Positions 49,232-62,722 of a stretch of DNA of 64,000 bases are shown here, in pieces. The number at the start of each line of letters is the position of its first letter. Position 1 is the first letter of the stretch. This DNA is from Lama glama (taxonomy: Eukaryota), in contig CM052817.1 in NCBI GenBank assembly GCA_028534125.1, positions 21,268,001 to 21,332,000 on the forward strand. The letters are read 5' to 3'. The notes under the pieces are model-generated. The model did not search any database. It was not told the origin of the DNA and saw only the letters and a list, made by a program, of their open reading frames with translations. Made by a program: the position numbers and the translations under genes.

Positions 49232-49459
49232 TGGTGGGCCCTTGAACAACATGGCTTTGAACCACGTAGGTTAACTTATATGTGGATTTTTTTCACTGAA
49301 TAGGTACTACCATACTACATGACACGATACTTGGTTGGTTGAATCTGAGGATTCAGCACTGCATATATGGAGGGGGAGGGCCAACTATGAAGTTATACAT
49401 GGATTTTCAACTGTATGGTTAGTGGGACACTAGTTCCCACAGTGTTCAAGGATCAACTA
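49232..49459. mobile_element. Tigger2-family MITE, second copy
   Basis: TIRs 'tggtgggcccttgaacaac' / 'gtgttcaaggatcaacta'; internal similarity to 3131-3347. Confidence 0.85.
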
Positions 49460-51628
49460 TATATCAGTTAGAAAAGATGGGTGAGTTGTAGTAACAAATG
49501 AACACCAAATGTCATTAGTTTTCCACAACAAAAAGAACAATTTTGCTCTCACTGTATATAGCCAAACTCATGACAGTAATCATTGCCAATCTTGCGGCAG
49601 AGAGAAAAGGGAACATGGGCAAGTCACATGCTGGCTCTTAAAACTTACACTTAAAAGTAAAATGTTTCTTTCACTCATATTGCATTGGCTGAAATGTGCA
49701 AGAATATTCAATATCAATGAGAAAGGAATTAAAATCTTTCCACAGAAATGAAAAGGAATATTTGATATAATTTCTCTATTTACATATAATGTTTCACCAT
49801 TTTTTTCTGTCTGATATATAATATACTCAATTTTGCCCCAAACTGAGACCAACAGCCTGTCCAATCAAGACATATTCAAAGACTAGGATCTCATGGTAAT
49901 TCCAGGTTTAAATGTGTATCTTTTTGATATGAGTACCTATGAACTCCAACAAATTGTATTAGAGGAACAAGGATAGGGTAATGACAACAAATATCCCAAC
50001 ATGCAAAGAGAAAGAATGAGAGTTCCACAGCTGACACTAGTCTAGGAAAAATCTAAAATCTTGCTAGGAAGACACTGAGCAGGTTCCCTATGTTAGAGGG
50101 AGAAATTATCATTGAATCTCCTCCCAAAGACTAGTTCCCTGATTCCTTTCTCCTTCATGGTTCCTAGTTTGTTCTCATGGAGTATTTCCTGTTCTATTAC
50201 CCTATTTGAGTACATTTAAAGAGGTTATGATAGGGGAGAGAGAGGTATAGAGGACAAGACTGAGACATGAGAAAAGTAACATGAATAAGAAATGCAATGA
50301 TAGCATGACAGATAGTCAAAAAAGAGCCAACATATTCATTTTTGGTTTCCAAAGTAGGAAAAGGTACACCCTAATAGAGCAAAATCAAGGTATATTTTCA
50401 AACACAAATTTTAAACTTAAATATTTTGACTATCCATATAGAAATTACATAGCTATACTTGGAAATGTGGAAACAAAATGAGCAATACTAAGATATATCC
50501 TAATAATTTTATTTTATTTCGAAGATACATGTGGAATTCACTGACCTGACTGGCAAAAATGTCACATTAGGAAAGATGGCAGCTGCTTCCTGCTTTTACT
50601 TACAGTTATGTTAGCTTAGGATTACTGTTTTGGATTTTCAGTTCTTTGATATTTATTAAAACAACCTCCGTAACAAATAATCTTTGCTAATTTAACTGCT
50701 GTGTGTTTTGTTTTCCTAACTGATATACTAGGCCAAGTTCTGATTATTTTTTTTGAAAATAATATATGCTACCCATATTCCCTTTAACTGTATACTTTTT
50801 TTAGAGCTTGACATGCTGAAAATTTGATAGTTAAGTTCCAAAACACACTGCAAAAAATATAAATATTTATCATCATTTACCATTATTTACTTATCCATGA
50901 GGGAAAGTTTTTTTGTAAGTTGCTAATTGCTTTATTCCAGCTTCTAATCCATGATATGTATGTAGTGCATGCTCCAAAATTTATTGATTGAATAAATTTT
51001 TCAGTCCATTGAAAACAATTTAGTGCAAATGAAAGTAAGTGAGAAAATATCCATGATTTTTAAATGTAGAAATCTTAATATTGTCTCATGCAATATATGT
51101 ATTTTGTAGATGAAGAAACAGATTTTTTACAGTAGTATTTCTTCACCTGAATACTTATGTATAATCATGTATATTTCCTATGGAAAGTTTCATCAAGCTC
51201 TCAAGTAGGTCCATCATCCATAAAGTTTGAAAGTTAATACCATGGAGTTTAAGTGCCTTTTTGCTGATAACCAGACTACTAATGCAGAACCAAGAATAGC
51301 TTTCCAAACCTGAGGCTTAAAGTCCAAATCTCTACCCCTTCACCTAACATGCTGTTATCATATAAAACTGACTCCTATATTCAGGGTTAATCTCTTTTCC
51401 CCTTTGCTCCAACAACATTTGCTTTTTTTCCATTTTTTAAAGAACTTATTATTTTGTACTGTAATTTTTGTGAAAGTAGTTTGCTACACAAGTGTATGTG
51501 TGTGTTATGTGTGTGTGTATATATATTTATATTTATCTAGCATTATAACACTATTTGATACAATTTCAAGATTTATATTGGGAAATTAAAATTGTCAGCT
51601 GAACAAATGAATAAAAAAATGGATGAGA

Positions 51629-51807
51629 TAGATAAACAACAAGGTCATACCATATAGCACAGGGGATTATATTCAATAGCTTATAATAATCTATATTGAA
51701 AAAAATATAAAAGTGAATATATATATATAAACTGAATCACTATGCTGTATACCAGAAACTAACACATTGTAAGACTTTACTTCAATTAAAAAACAAAACA
51801 AATAAAC
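51629..51807 (+). mobile_element. Recent artiodactyl-type L1 3' terminus inserted at the start of an older L1
   Basis: 'ataaacaacaaggtc...tatagcacagggga...actgaatcactatgctgtataccagaaactaacacattgtaa'; TSD-like aaaaatg(g)atgaga at 51615-51628 and 51808-51820. Confidence 0.85.
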
Positions 51808-54550
51808 AAAAATGATGAGAAAAGATATGCCATGCTAACCTTAATCAAAAGAATAGAGAAAATCAACAAAACCAAAAGCTAATGTTTTGAAAAGATTAAA
51901 ATTGATAAGCTTCTAGCCAAGTTAACTAAGGGAAAAATAAAGAGCACACAATTATTAAATCAGAATAAAGGGAGGCCATGACTACAAATCCCATGGACAT
52001 TAAAGCATAAATAAGGAATAATAATGGAATGAAATATATCAACAGACTAAAAAAGGAAAATTGCACAATTGCATCAGTAGTTGCAGAAAAAGTATTTGAC
52101 AAAATCTGACACTTACTCATGATAAAAGCTCTCAGTAAACTAGCAATAAAGAGAAACATCCCCAACTTAATACAGAATATCTACAAAAAAACCTAAACTA
52201 ATATCATTTCTAATGGTGAGAAATTTGAAGCCTTCCTACTGAGATCAGGTACAAGCAAGGATATCCCCTGTCACTGCTGCTTTTCAACATCACACTGAAA
52301 CACCAGGCTAATTCAATAACATGAAAAAACAAAATATATATAGATTGCAAAGGAAGAGATAAAACTGTCTTTGTTCACAGATGATAAAACGGCTTCTGAA
52401 TCTGAAACATTAAACAAAAACACTCCTGGAACTAATAAGCAATTATAGCAGGGTTTCAGGATACAAGGTTAACACACAAAAGTCAATCACTTTTCTATAT
52501 ACCAGCCACAAACAAATGGAATTTGAAATTAAAAGCACAATACCATTTACATCATCTACCCCCAAAATGAAATACTTAGGAATAAATATAACAAAATATG
52601 TACAAGATATAAATTAGGAAGACTAAACATCTCTGATGAATGAAACCAAAGAACTAAATAAATGGAAAAATATTCCATGTTTATGGATGGGAAGATCCAA
52701 TATTGTCAAGATGTAGTTCTTCCCAATTTGATCTACAAATTCAGTGTAATCTTAATCAAATCCCAGCACATCATTTTGTGGATACTGACAAACTGATTCT
52801 AGTGGATAGGTTGAAGACACAGAATAGCCAAAATAAGATGAAAGGAAAAGAACAAAATTGAAAGACTGACACTACCCAACTTCAAGACTTACTATAAAGC
52901 TTTAATAACTCAGATAGCATGATTTTAGTGAAAGAATAGATATATATGTCAATGGAGCAGAATAGAGAGCCCAGAAATAGATCCACATAAATGCAGTCAA
53001 CTGATCTTTGACAAGGCAGTGGAGGTAATACAACAGAACACAGTCTTTTCAACAAATGAGGCTGGAACAACTCAATATCCATAGGAAAAAAAAAAAGGAA
53101 TCTAGACACAGACTTTAAATGTCAATAAAATGAACTCAAAATGGATCACAGACCTAAACAAGAAACACAAAAACTATGAAATTCATAGAAGATAATTTAG
53201 TAGAAAACTTAGAGGATACTGTGTTTGGCTATGACTTTTTAGATACTACACCAAATGCATGACCCTTGAAATAAGGAGTTGATACATTGGACTTCATTAT
53301 AATAAAAAAGAAATTTCTGTTCTGTAAAAAAACAATGTGAAGAAAATGAGAAAGACAAGTTGCAGACTGGGAGAAAATATCTGTAAAACACTCATCTGAT
53401 TAAAAAACAAAAAAAACAAACTATTGTCCAAAACATACAATGAAATATTAAAACTCAACAACAAAAAAAACAAACAACATGATTAAAAAATAGGCCACAG
53501 ATCTTAACAGACATCTCGCAAAGAAGATATGCATATGGTAAATAAGCATATGAAAAGATGTTCCACATCGTATGTCATCAGCAAAATGCAAATTAAGCAA
53601 TGAGACACCACTACACACCTACTAAGAATGGTCCAGATCTAGAACATTGACAATACAGAAGTTGAAAAATAAATGGAGCAGCAGGAATTCTTAATCTTTG
53701 CTGTTGGATATGCAAAATGGCACAGCCACTTTGGAAGATAGTTGGTTTCTTACAAAAACACATACTCTTCAAATTCATTCCAGCAATCCCATTCATTGGT
53801 ATTTACTCAAAGAAACTGAAAATTTATGTCCATACAAAAACCTGCACATGGATGTTTATAGCAGCTTTATTCATAATTACCAAAACTTGGAAGCAATTAA
53901 GATGTCCTTTAGTAGGTGAATGGATAAATAAACTGTGGTATAACCAGTCCAATATTGTAATAATATTCCAATTATAATGGAATATTATTCTACACTAAAA
54001 AGATATGAGATATCAAGCCATGAAAAGACATGGATGATTTAAATGCATGTTATCAAGTTAAAAAAAGTTAATACAACTTTTTTTATCAGATGAGTGTTTT
54101 GCAAATATTTTCTCCCAGTCTGCAACTTGTCTTCCTCATTTTCTTGACATTGTTTTTCACAGAGCAGAACTTTTTTATTTTAATGAAGTCAAATATTATA
54201 ATATTTCAATAATAATGGAATATTATTCTATGCTAAAAAGACATGAGATATCAAGCCATGAAAAGACATGGGGGATTTAAATGCATATTATTAAGTTAAA
54301 AAAGTTGATCTGAAAAGGTTGTATACTATGATTGCATCTTTATGACACACTGGAAAAGGCAAACCTATGGAAACAATTTAAAAAATCAATGGTTTTCAGG
54401 AGTTAGGTGAAGGAAAGGCAAGAACAGGCAGAGCACAGGGCTTTTTTCAGGCAGTAAAATTATTCTGAATGAGACTATAATGGGGGCTACATGTCATTAT
54501 ACATTTGTACAAAACCACAGTTTGTACAACATCAATAGGGTGAATCCTAC
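51808..54550 (+). mobile_element. Degraded L1MC-like element (ORF2 with internal deletions plus 3'UTR)
   Basis: ORF2 landmarks ('gaaaaagtatttgacaaaat', 'ctttgttcacagatgat', 'gactgggagaaaatat'); 3'UTR 'aacaggcagagcacaggg...catgtcattatacatttgtac' typical of L1MC1/2. Confidence 0.92.
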
Positions 54551-54669
54551 CCCAAAAGCTTTGCTTTATTAAAGAGCTGCCTTTAAACTTAATATCCACC
54601 AAGTCACACTCTTCCAGAAACTGTAGAAAGGAAATCATCTTATTCTCACCTCAAGTAGTCCAGGGAGTC

Positions 54670-55160
54670 CTTTCATTCACTCAACAAATCTGTATTGAAA
54701 ATCTCATATACACCAGTTATTGTATAATGTGTTGGATATATATAGATAAAATGTTGAACAAAATAAGCACAATTCATGCCCCCTTGGAGCTTAACGATTT
54801 ATTGAGTGTGATATGCCTTATTAAGATAATCACATTAACACATATGTGCAAAAAATGACAAACAGAAGTGTGACAGTGACCAAAAAAATAAGGCATACTG
54901 TGCTATGTGAAATAAAATATTTGTTCATGTAATAAAATACTTATTGGGCATCTCTATGTGACACTTACTAGGTTAATCAGGAGATAGCAGTTAACAAAAA
55001 ATAAATTCTCTGCCCTCAGGAGTTTATATTCCAGTGATGGAGAGATAATAACCAAATAAGAAAGTATATACTATGCGGAAGTTGGTGAATGATATAGAGT
55101 AAAACAGGCAGAGTAAGACAGCTAAGGAGTCAGGTTGTCAGATGATTTTTCTGAGAAAAG
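54670..55160 (-). mobile_element. L2 3' remnants (two pieces)
   Basis: 'ttcattcactcaacaaatctgtattga' and 'aaatacttattgggcatctctatgtg...ctctgccctcaggagtttatattccagtg'. Confidence 0.7.
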
Positions 55161-56099
55161 GACTCACATGCTCCACTAGCATCTCTAGCCCGGTTTTTTG
55201 TTTTTTGGTTTTTGGGGTTTTTCAGTAATTTGTACTTAATCCTGAATAAGAGTTCCATCCCAACTGAATCTATTGATACATTCTTTCGTTATCCTTTTAA
55301 TATTGGGCTTGGGTCCAATCACTTTTCTTTTTCTCATTTACATTATTTTGAAAAGTCCTTTTGGTATCAGTATGTTTGCATACTTCTGGTAAAACTTTTA
55401 TTTATAATTTGAGAATTACTTTAAGTACTTACTTAAAGTAAGTAATTACTTGAAGTCCTCTTACTCTTCAAGCACATTGATTATAATAAAATAAAAGTAG
55501 AACTACTGAAACAATAAAACCCAGAAATACAACAGCTGAGGAACATAGTTCACTTCCTTTGCGTATTTATTACATTCCTTGGTGAGTCACTGGTCTCTAG
55601 TCAGCATAGTGGACAATTCTGATACAAGACATGGCTACCAAGGGTGATTGTTCTCATTCACAAGCGGCATGAAGAAAAGTTGAAGTGGGAAAATGCAGAA
55701 AAAGTATCTTTTAAACAAAACAGAGGTCACTATCATATTATACCAGTGAGAGTCCCATGACCATCTATTGCCTTACACTTATAGTCCTGTGATAAGAGGG
55801 AAAATGGATTTGGTAGGACAAATTAATCTCCACTATAGTGAGGAATTTAGAATTCTTTCAGTGTTTCTGTAGAAAAGATGGAAATGGAATTTGAGAGTGC
55901 CAAAACCAAGTATCTGACCTAATCATTCTATGGGAATGGGAACAACAAAATTGTATAATTATGAAAAGAAGTTTAGCTTAGAATTAACAGGAATTATAGA
56001 GTGCAGATAGAGGCTGAGAGAGCTCAAGAAATAAGACAAAGTCTATATAAATTAACAGGTCAAAATTATCAGGGCAGTGCTCTAGTGGCAGCGTCCTAG

Positions 56100-56725
56100 T
56101 CTACTTGTTTTCAAACATTCTGGTCACAAAACCCCTTTGCATTCTTAAGAATTATTGAGGATCCCAAATAACTTTTTATTAATTGGTTATATCAATTGAT
56201 ATTCACTGTATTGGAATACAAAAATAAAAATAAAAATATTAATTTATAAACAGCAATAATAAATACATTAATTTATAAATAGCAATAATAAAAATTAATA
56301 AATAGAAAAATAAATTTAAAATAAATTTATAAATTATGTAATAAGTAATACTAAATAGATAAATTTATACATAGCAATAGATAATAAAATAGCAAATAAT
56401 AATAACAAAGAAATAGCATTTCTTATTAGTATAATTTGGAAAAATAACTGCTCTTAACAAAACAAAAACTGAGGAGAGTGGTATTGTTTTAAACTTTAAC
56501 AGATCTCTTCTGTCTGACTCAATAAAGATAACTGCATTCTTGTGTCTGCTTCTGCATTCAGTCTCTTAGACGATCACGTGTTGTAGCCTCTGGTAAACTC
56601 TACTGCACATTTGTGAGATAATAAAAGTGAAAACAAAAAGTAAATCTTATCTTGCTATTATTCTGAAAAAAGTTTTGATCTAGCATACTAACTGAAATGC
56701 CTCATTTATTCCCCAAAATCCCCTG
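56100..56725. mobile_element. hAT-Charlie type non-autonomous element (MER20B-like) with internal AT-rich tandem array
   Basis: 'tcaaacattctggtcacaaaacccctttgcattcttaagaattattgaggatcccaaa...gcattcttgtgtctgcttctgcattcagtct'. Confidence 0.6.
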
Positions 56726-57749
56726 AACAACACAACAAAAGAGGTCTATTCACCTCCTTCTAGTTTTACTCATTAGAAGTATATTGAAAGTAAACAATAG
56801 CAATTAACACTTTACAGACATTTTAAAAGTTTTAAACTTCTATTCTCTAAGTAAAACAGTATGAAAATAATTTAATTTTGTATTCCATTTTTTTTTGAAG
56901 TAATAAGCTTGCAGTTTATCATCTTAGGCCACAATAATGCAGCTCAACTAATTAAACACTGCCATTTTTTAACAAATAAGACATAATTTGGTGATTTTAT
57001 TATCAGTGGATTTAACCATATTATTTGAAAATACTCACTTTCTTTATTTCCAATTAATTATACTTTACTCTAGTAAACTTTGTATGTCATGATTTCTGAG
57101 AAGTAGGAAAATGCAGAATGGACACTAAATGTTGAGCCCTAATTAATAATTAAGGTACACCAGGGGTAACAAGACCATTTATTCTTACCTACCTGCCAGA
57201 TCACCTTGTCCTGTCAGAAGAACCTTTGTCCGAAAGACTTTATTTCAAACATACTGCTTCTGAATTAACAGCAGGGACTTCTGGGTTTCTCAGCATCTCT
57301 TATTTACCATCTACTGTCATGCTTAATGATCAACATTAAAGTTACTGCTTCCAAATCACCTTAATTAGGGTGGCAAAAGCTTTAAAAAGTTCCTTTCAAA
57401 GGCTCAGTTCATCAAATTTGATTGCCCTAATATATTGTGATTATATAAGGTTCTTGTGTTGAAACATTATAATAACATTTCCAGTCAGACATCCTGCAGT
57501 TCCTTTTTAAGGTACATTTTTCTCCTCACAGTTCTTCCTGTAAGTGCACTGTGTCCTCTGCTTAGTTTATAGTTGGTTGAACCAGAACAGGGTAACTGAA
57601 CCAAGCACCATGATTGATAGGTTAGCCTATGACTGGGGGACAGCCGGCTACATAATGCTGTGCCCAAACTGAGACAATCTGGTTTAACTGAATTCTCCTT
57701 CAACTCTTTTAATGAGGGATTAGAGAGTGCTGTTTAATGCAAATAGTCT

Positions 57750-58315
57750 CACTTTTTTTTTTCAAGTGAACTCCCTACTGAAGTGTAACATATACGGAAA
57801 ATCACATGAGTCATATGTTTGCAGCTTGATAAATTTACACAGTAAACCAATTTAAGTTACCACCACCAAATTATAAAATAGTCTCAATACCCAAGAAGGC
57901 CCTTTATGATCTTACTCAGCCACTTACAACTCACTAAGGAAACCACTACCTTTACCTCAAACACCAGAGGCTACTTTTCTGTTCCTAAAGGTCTTTTTTT
58001 CTTAATAAATTAAATCATACATGATTGACCTAACATCTCTTTCTTAACATGCTGCTTGTGAGAGTCATCCATATTGTTGGGTGTATCAATGGTATGTATT
58101 TTTGTCTTTGATTTATAACATTTCATTTTATGGATATTCCTGAGGTAATGCTTGATATTCTGATGGATTTATAATATATTTGTAGTTTTGGTATTTACAT
58201 ACTACTGTTATAAAAATTCTAATACATACTATTGGTAAATAGTCTGGGCATACAAGTGTGATTAGAATTCCTAGTTCATATGTTATATATACCTATTCAG
58301 CCAGAGTAGTCACTG
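57750..58315 (-). mobile_element. Ancient L1M 3' region, antisense
   Basis: 'ttaacatgctgcttgtgagagtcatccatattgttgggtgtatcaatggt'. Confidence 0.7.
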
Positions 58316-58317
58316 CT

Positions 58318-58726
58318 TGTATTGGTTTTGTATTGCTGTGGTAACAAATTACTTCAAACTTAGTGGTGTAAGATACCACAAAACTGTTCTGTCGGAGTTC
58401 TGGAGGTCAAAACGCTAAAATCAAGGCTATAAGGCTGCTTCTGAAGGTTTCAAGGAAGAATTATGTCCCGGCCTTTTCCAGCTTCTAGAGGCTGCCTGCA
58501 TTCCTTGACTCCCTTCTTCATATAACTCCAACATCTTACACCTATCACATCCTCTTCTACTAACTATGACCTCCCCCCAACTCAGCCTTCCTCTTATAAA
58601 GGCCTTTATGGTGACATTAGGCCTACCAGATGAAGCCCTAAACTTAATCATATCTGGAAAGTCCCATGTCCCATGACATATCAAAGGTTCTGGGAATTAG
58701 GACTTGGGCATTATTCTGCCAGCTAC
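58318..58726 (-). mobile_element. MaLR LTR (MLT1C/D-like)
   Basis: 'tgtattggttttgtattgctgtggtaacaaattac...ttccagcttctagaggctgcctgcattcctt...attctgccagctaca'. Confidence 0.85.
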
Positions 58727-60259
58727 AATAATGAAGAAAAGATGAGTTGGAGTCCATAATTTTAGGTCCCAATGGTTTTGAAAACTGTTAAGATATGAGC
58801 ATTATAAGCAATGCTTTGTTGTGGCCTGGGCTGCCACTGCTCTTGTTCTGGAACACAAAATGGTGGGAGTCATTGGAAACCATCTTAGAATTTTTCTGCC
58901 ACAATGTTTGCATATGTAATATGTGTGAGTGTTAGTTATACAGTGATCTAGCTGTCTTTAGTTGGTCTCACAAATTTCTTAGGATGACTGACTTATTTAA
59001 TATCCCACGAACTAAAAAAATATAAATTAAGACCGAGTTGCAGAGATAAAAACTATCAGATTAAGCCACTTTTCAGAAATAATGTATTAGTAGATGTAAA
59101 ACTCCAAAGTGTAAAAATACCTTTTCATGGCTACATTTACTATAAAACTCTCTTTTATAAATATTTTATAGCCACAATAAACTTATATTTCAAAGAAATT
59201 AATCAATATATATGGCCTTGGGAAACCCTGAGGGGAAAAAAAAAGAAAATGTATTTAAAATATAACAAAGCTTAAGCTGATTTTTTAAATGAAAGTTTGA
59301 TCTTTATAATAAAGTGGTTTTTGCCCTATTAATATGTTTAACATACTTAAAAACCTACCTTAGAGTCAATAAATAATTCTATATGGGCTAACAAGTCATT
59401 TAATTTTACTTTGTCTCTTAATTTGATTTACTTTAGTTCTTTTTAGTGAATTGTACTCTAAGTTAAAGGTATTCTTTTCAGTTGTTAGTATATACAATCA
59501 GAAGAGACAAATGGAGGGCATTTTGAAGGTATTTGTTATATTAAATCATATGTATTTCATTTTTAATAAAAGTTAATACGTGTTTTAATATCACCTTGTA
59601 GAACATTACTTTATAACCAACTTAATTTTGACAAAACAAATTCTTTGTATATTTGAAAACTAGAATACAATTGTGGTTATCCATTTCATTAGCTATATTT
59701 GACTGAATAAAATTCCTGTCTCTGAGAATTACTGTGTCTTTAGGAACTCATTCTTACTGTTTTATTCAAAGAAGGAGGCATGCCTTGCTTTGAGCTTCTG
59801 GCTTACTACCAAAAAGAATATATTCATATTCTTTCAGTTCTAAATCTGTAGTAAAAGATGTCAAAATGAGCTCTCAAGCAATTATATAGTAAAGTTATCT
59901 CATATTTTAGTACATGAATTACCAAATTAAAATGTGGTATTGACCTAATATTTTAGACACTTTTACTTAGTGAATCCAATTAGCAAATTCAAGAAATTAC
60001 TGTCAATTTTTAGATAAAAATTATTATGCTTTATTTAATCTTTACGGAGTACTGATATAACAAAGATTATTTAATACCTATTTCTGTGCACTTCCCCAAA
60101 TGTTAGTTCTAACTGGGAAAAAACACTTTATCATCAATTTATCTTGAACAAGAACTTTTGCAATTCTTATACTAAAAGATTCTGGGATAAACTGAACCAA
60201 GTTTTGGAAGACAGTATCACCAACATACACCAATATTCATTTTATCTTCTCTTCTATGC

Positions 60260-60492
60260 ACAAAGAAGTCTACACTGGTTTCCACTTTTAGTATGGCTGA
60301 GTAAGTTCGAAATAGGCCAACACTCTTGCAAATAACTATAAACTTTATATTACACACAACAAACTATCTAAAGACTTTGAAATGTGAACAAAAGTACATA
60401 GATTCTGGGAGGAAGGAAAATCTTGGATGGACAGTATGTGATATACTCTACCACCACCACTCCCTTTTTTCTTTCTTCTGTTTTTAATTAAC

Positions 60493-60528
<36 letters not shown>

Positions 60529-62395
60529 TATTATTATTTGCTATGCCTGTGGGCATGCTGCAGTCATCTTTTATTGGCTGGTTACAGCTTGATGACTCAC
60601 AGTCTTCTGGGATTTAAAGGCAAGAGGACAGAGATTAGGACAACTACCACCAAAAGTATGTAGGATAAAAATAGTAGAAAATGGAGAGCCAGAGAGAGGA
60701 GCCAAACTTTTATATATAAATACTGTATAAACCTCTGTCTGACCCAGCGCCATCATGCATGAAAAGACTATTAACAACACAGCTCAAGGGAAAAAAAAAA
60801 AAAAGACACTTAACTGAGATATGAGCTCCTGTACAAGACAGAATTTTCAGTTTGTATACAACCAAGCTAATAGCCAGTTAAAACCACAATATCAACACTC
60901 ATGGGAGAAACTGAGTATGATCTAAACTTTACATAACATTTTGTGTACAATCCAAAATTACTCGACAAATAAGATCTAGGGGAATGTAGCCCATTCCTAA
61001 GAGAAAATAAAATCAATAAAAATCAATCTTGATATTTTGGAATTATCAGAGAAAGACTTTTAAAAACAGCTGTTATAATGATGCTAAATGGAATATTGCT
61101 AAATGGAATAAAGGAAAATATGCTTGTAATGAATAAGGAGATAGGGAATAGCACAGAAATCATACTTTAAAAATTAGCAGGAAAGGAATTCTAGAACTGG
61201 AAAACATAATACCAGACCTTTAAACATTACTAGATAGGCTTAATAGCAGAATGGAGATGTCAGTAAAAAGAATTAGCAAACTTGAAGATAGTTAAATATA
61301 AATTATACTATGTGAAAATAAAGATAATAAGATATTAAAAAAAATGAAGAGCCACGGTAATCTGTGGGACAATATCAGTAAGTCCAACATGTATGTAATT
61401 AGATTTCCACAGAGAGAAAGAAGAAAAAAAGAGTATCAGAAATTACAACCCCAAATTATCACAGTTTTGTGAAAGATATCATCTATATATTGAAGAAGCT
61501 CAGCAGATTCCATGAAAGGTAAATATAAAGAAAACCATGCTTAGTCTCATTACAGACAAAATACTTGAAACCAAAGATAAATAAAATATCTTGATATTAA
61601 TCAGAGGAAAATAAGCTTATATACAAGGCAACCACAATTCTAACGACTGTTAATTTCTCACTGATAACAATAGAGACCAGAAAATATACATCTTTAAAAT
61701 ATTCAAAAAAATAAAATTTTAAAGTCAAAAATTTTATATCCAGCAAAAAAAAAAATCCTTCAGTAATGGAAATAGACACATTTTGAGGTAAACAAAAATT
61801 AGAAAATTTGTGGCCAGGAGACCTGCAATACAAGAAATACTAAAGATGGTTTCTTAGACCGAAAGGAAATGGTACCAAGGAGAAATTTTAGTACTCATAA
61901 AGGAATAAATATATTAGCTCTGAAAAATATCTAGTAAATTAAAAATTAAAATTTCCTCTGCATTTCATTATACCTATATCCTATAAAACAAAAATATTTT
62001 TATTGAGCTTATTTACATTATATCTAAAGCATAAAGGATGAAATGAAATGGGGATGGGGATGCTAAATTGGCCTATATGTTTTCAAATTTACTTACTGAA
62101 TTCTAAGAAGACTGGGAAAATTTTAGAATATATATTTTAATTTCAAGATAAATTACTGAAAAATAACAAAGAGGTACAGCTATAAAGTCAATAAATGAAG
62201 TGTACTTTCAAAAATATTCAAATAATCCAAAAAAAGGAAGAAAAGAAGAAACAAACAAAAAACAGGAAACAAATGAACTGGAAGATAAATAAATCAAGCA
62301 ATTTCTATAATTAAATTAATATTATTAGATTTCATATACTAACTGAAAAAAATAATTTTTCAGAACAGATGAAAAACCAAAACATCTATATTTTC
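60260..62395 (+). mobile_element. Ancient L1M 5' end: UTR, ORF1 remnant and start of ORF2; contains (TTA)n at ~60493-60538
   Basis: 'gaattctagaactggaaaac...ggcttaatagcagaatggag...aattttatatccagcaaaa...cagagacctgca-like gagacctgcaatacaagaaatactaaag'. Confidence 0.8.
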
Positions 62396-62409
62396 AGCCC
62401 CACTTTAAG

Positions 62410-62722
62410 TTGTGCAAAATTATGGGAAATACTGGTCAATAAAATGTGAGCAGGAAGGATGTAGATCATTCTGAGCTCAGGCAGTAAAATGCTCAATTAT
62501 CTATGCATTTGCTTTTCCTGGAAAGGTAATATGAAGGGTACCCAAGGAGGAAATGGAGTTGCTCAATTTGAAGTGCTGAGTCTTTAACGGGAGGAATTGC
62601 CCTAGAGAATTGCTGGGATCCAGAGAAGAATTTATAACACCCAACACCAAGAAATAACCATTTGCTTTGTTAACATTATTTATGTTTGTTAGCATAGCTA
62701 GCCTGGCTTATTCTAATCAAGA
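62410..62722 (+). mobile_element. Old MaLR LTR fragment
   Basis: 'ctggtcaataaaatgtgagcaggaagg...gaaataaccatttgctttgttaa...gtttgttagcatagctagcctggcttattctaa'. Confidence 0.6.

Noticed and set aside
53611..53977. Cluster of short ORFs (also 6030-6347, 13037-13330, 47303-47576)
   Set aside because: Sense or antisense translations of L1 ORF2/3'UTR
57192..57260. Minus-strand donor GCAG|gtaggt with an upstream acceptor
   Set aside because: Stops in all frames and weak pyrimidine tract
61082..61110. Short tandem duplication tgctaaatggaata (similar case at ~1442-1462)
   Set aside because: Ordinary slippage duplication
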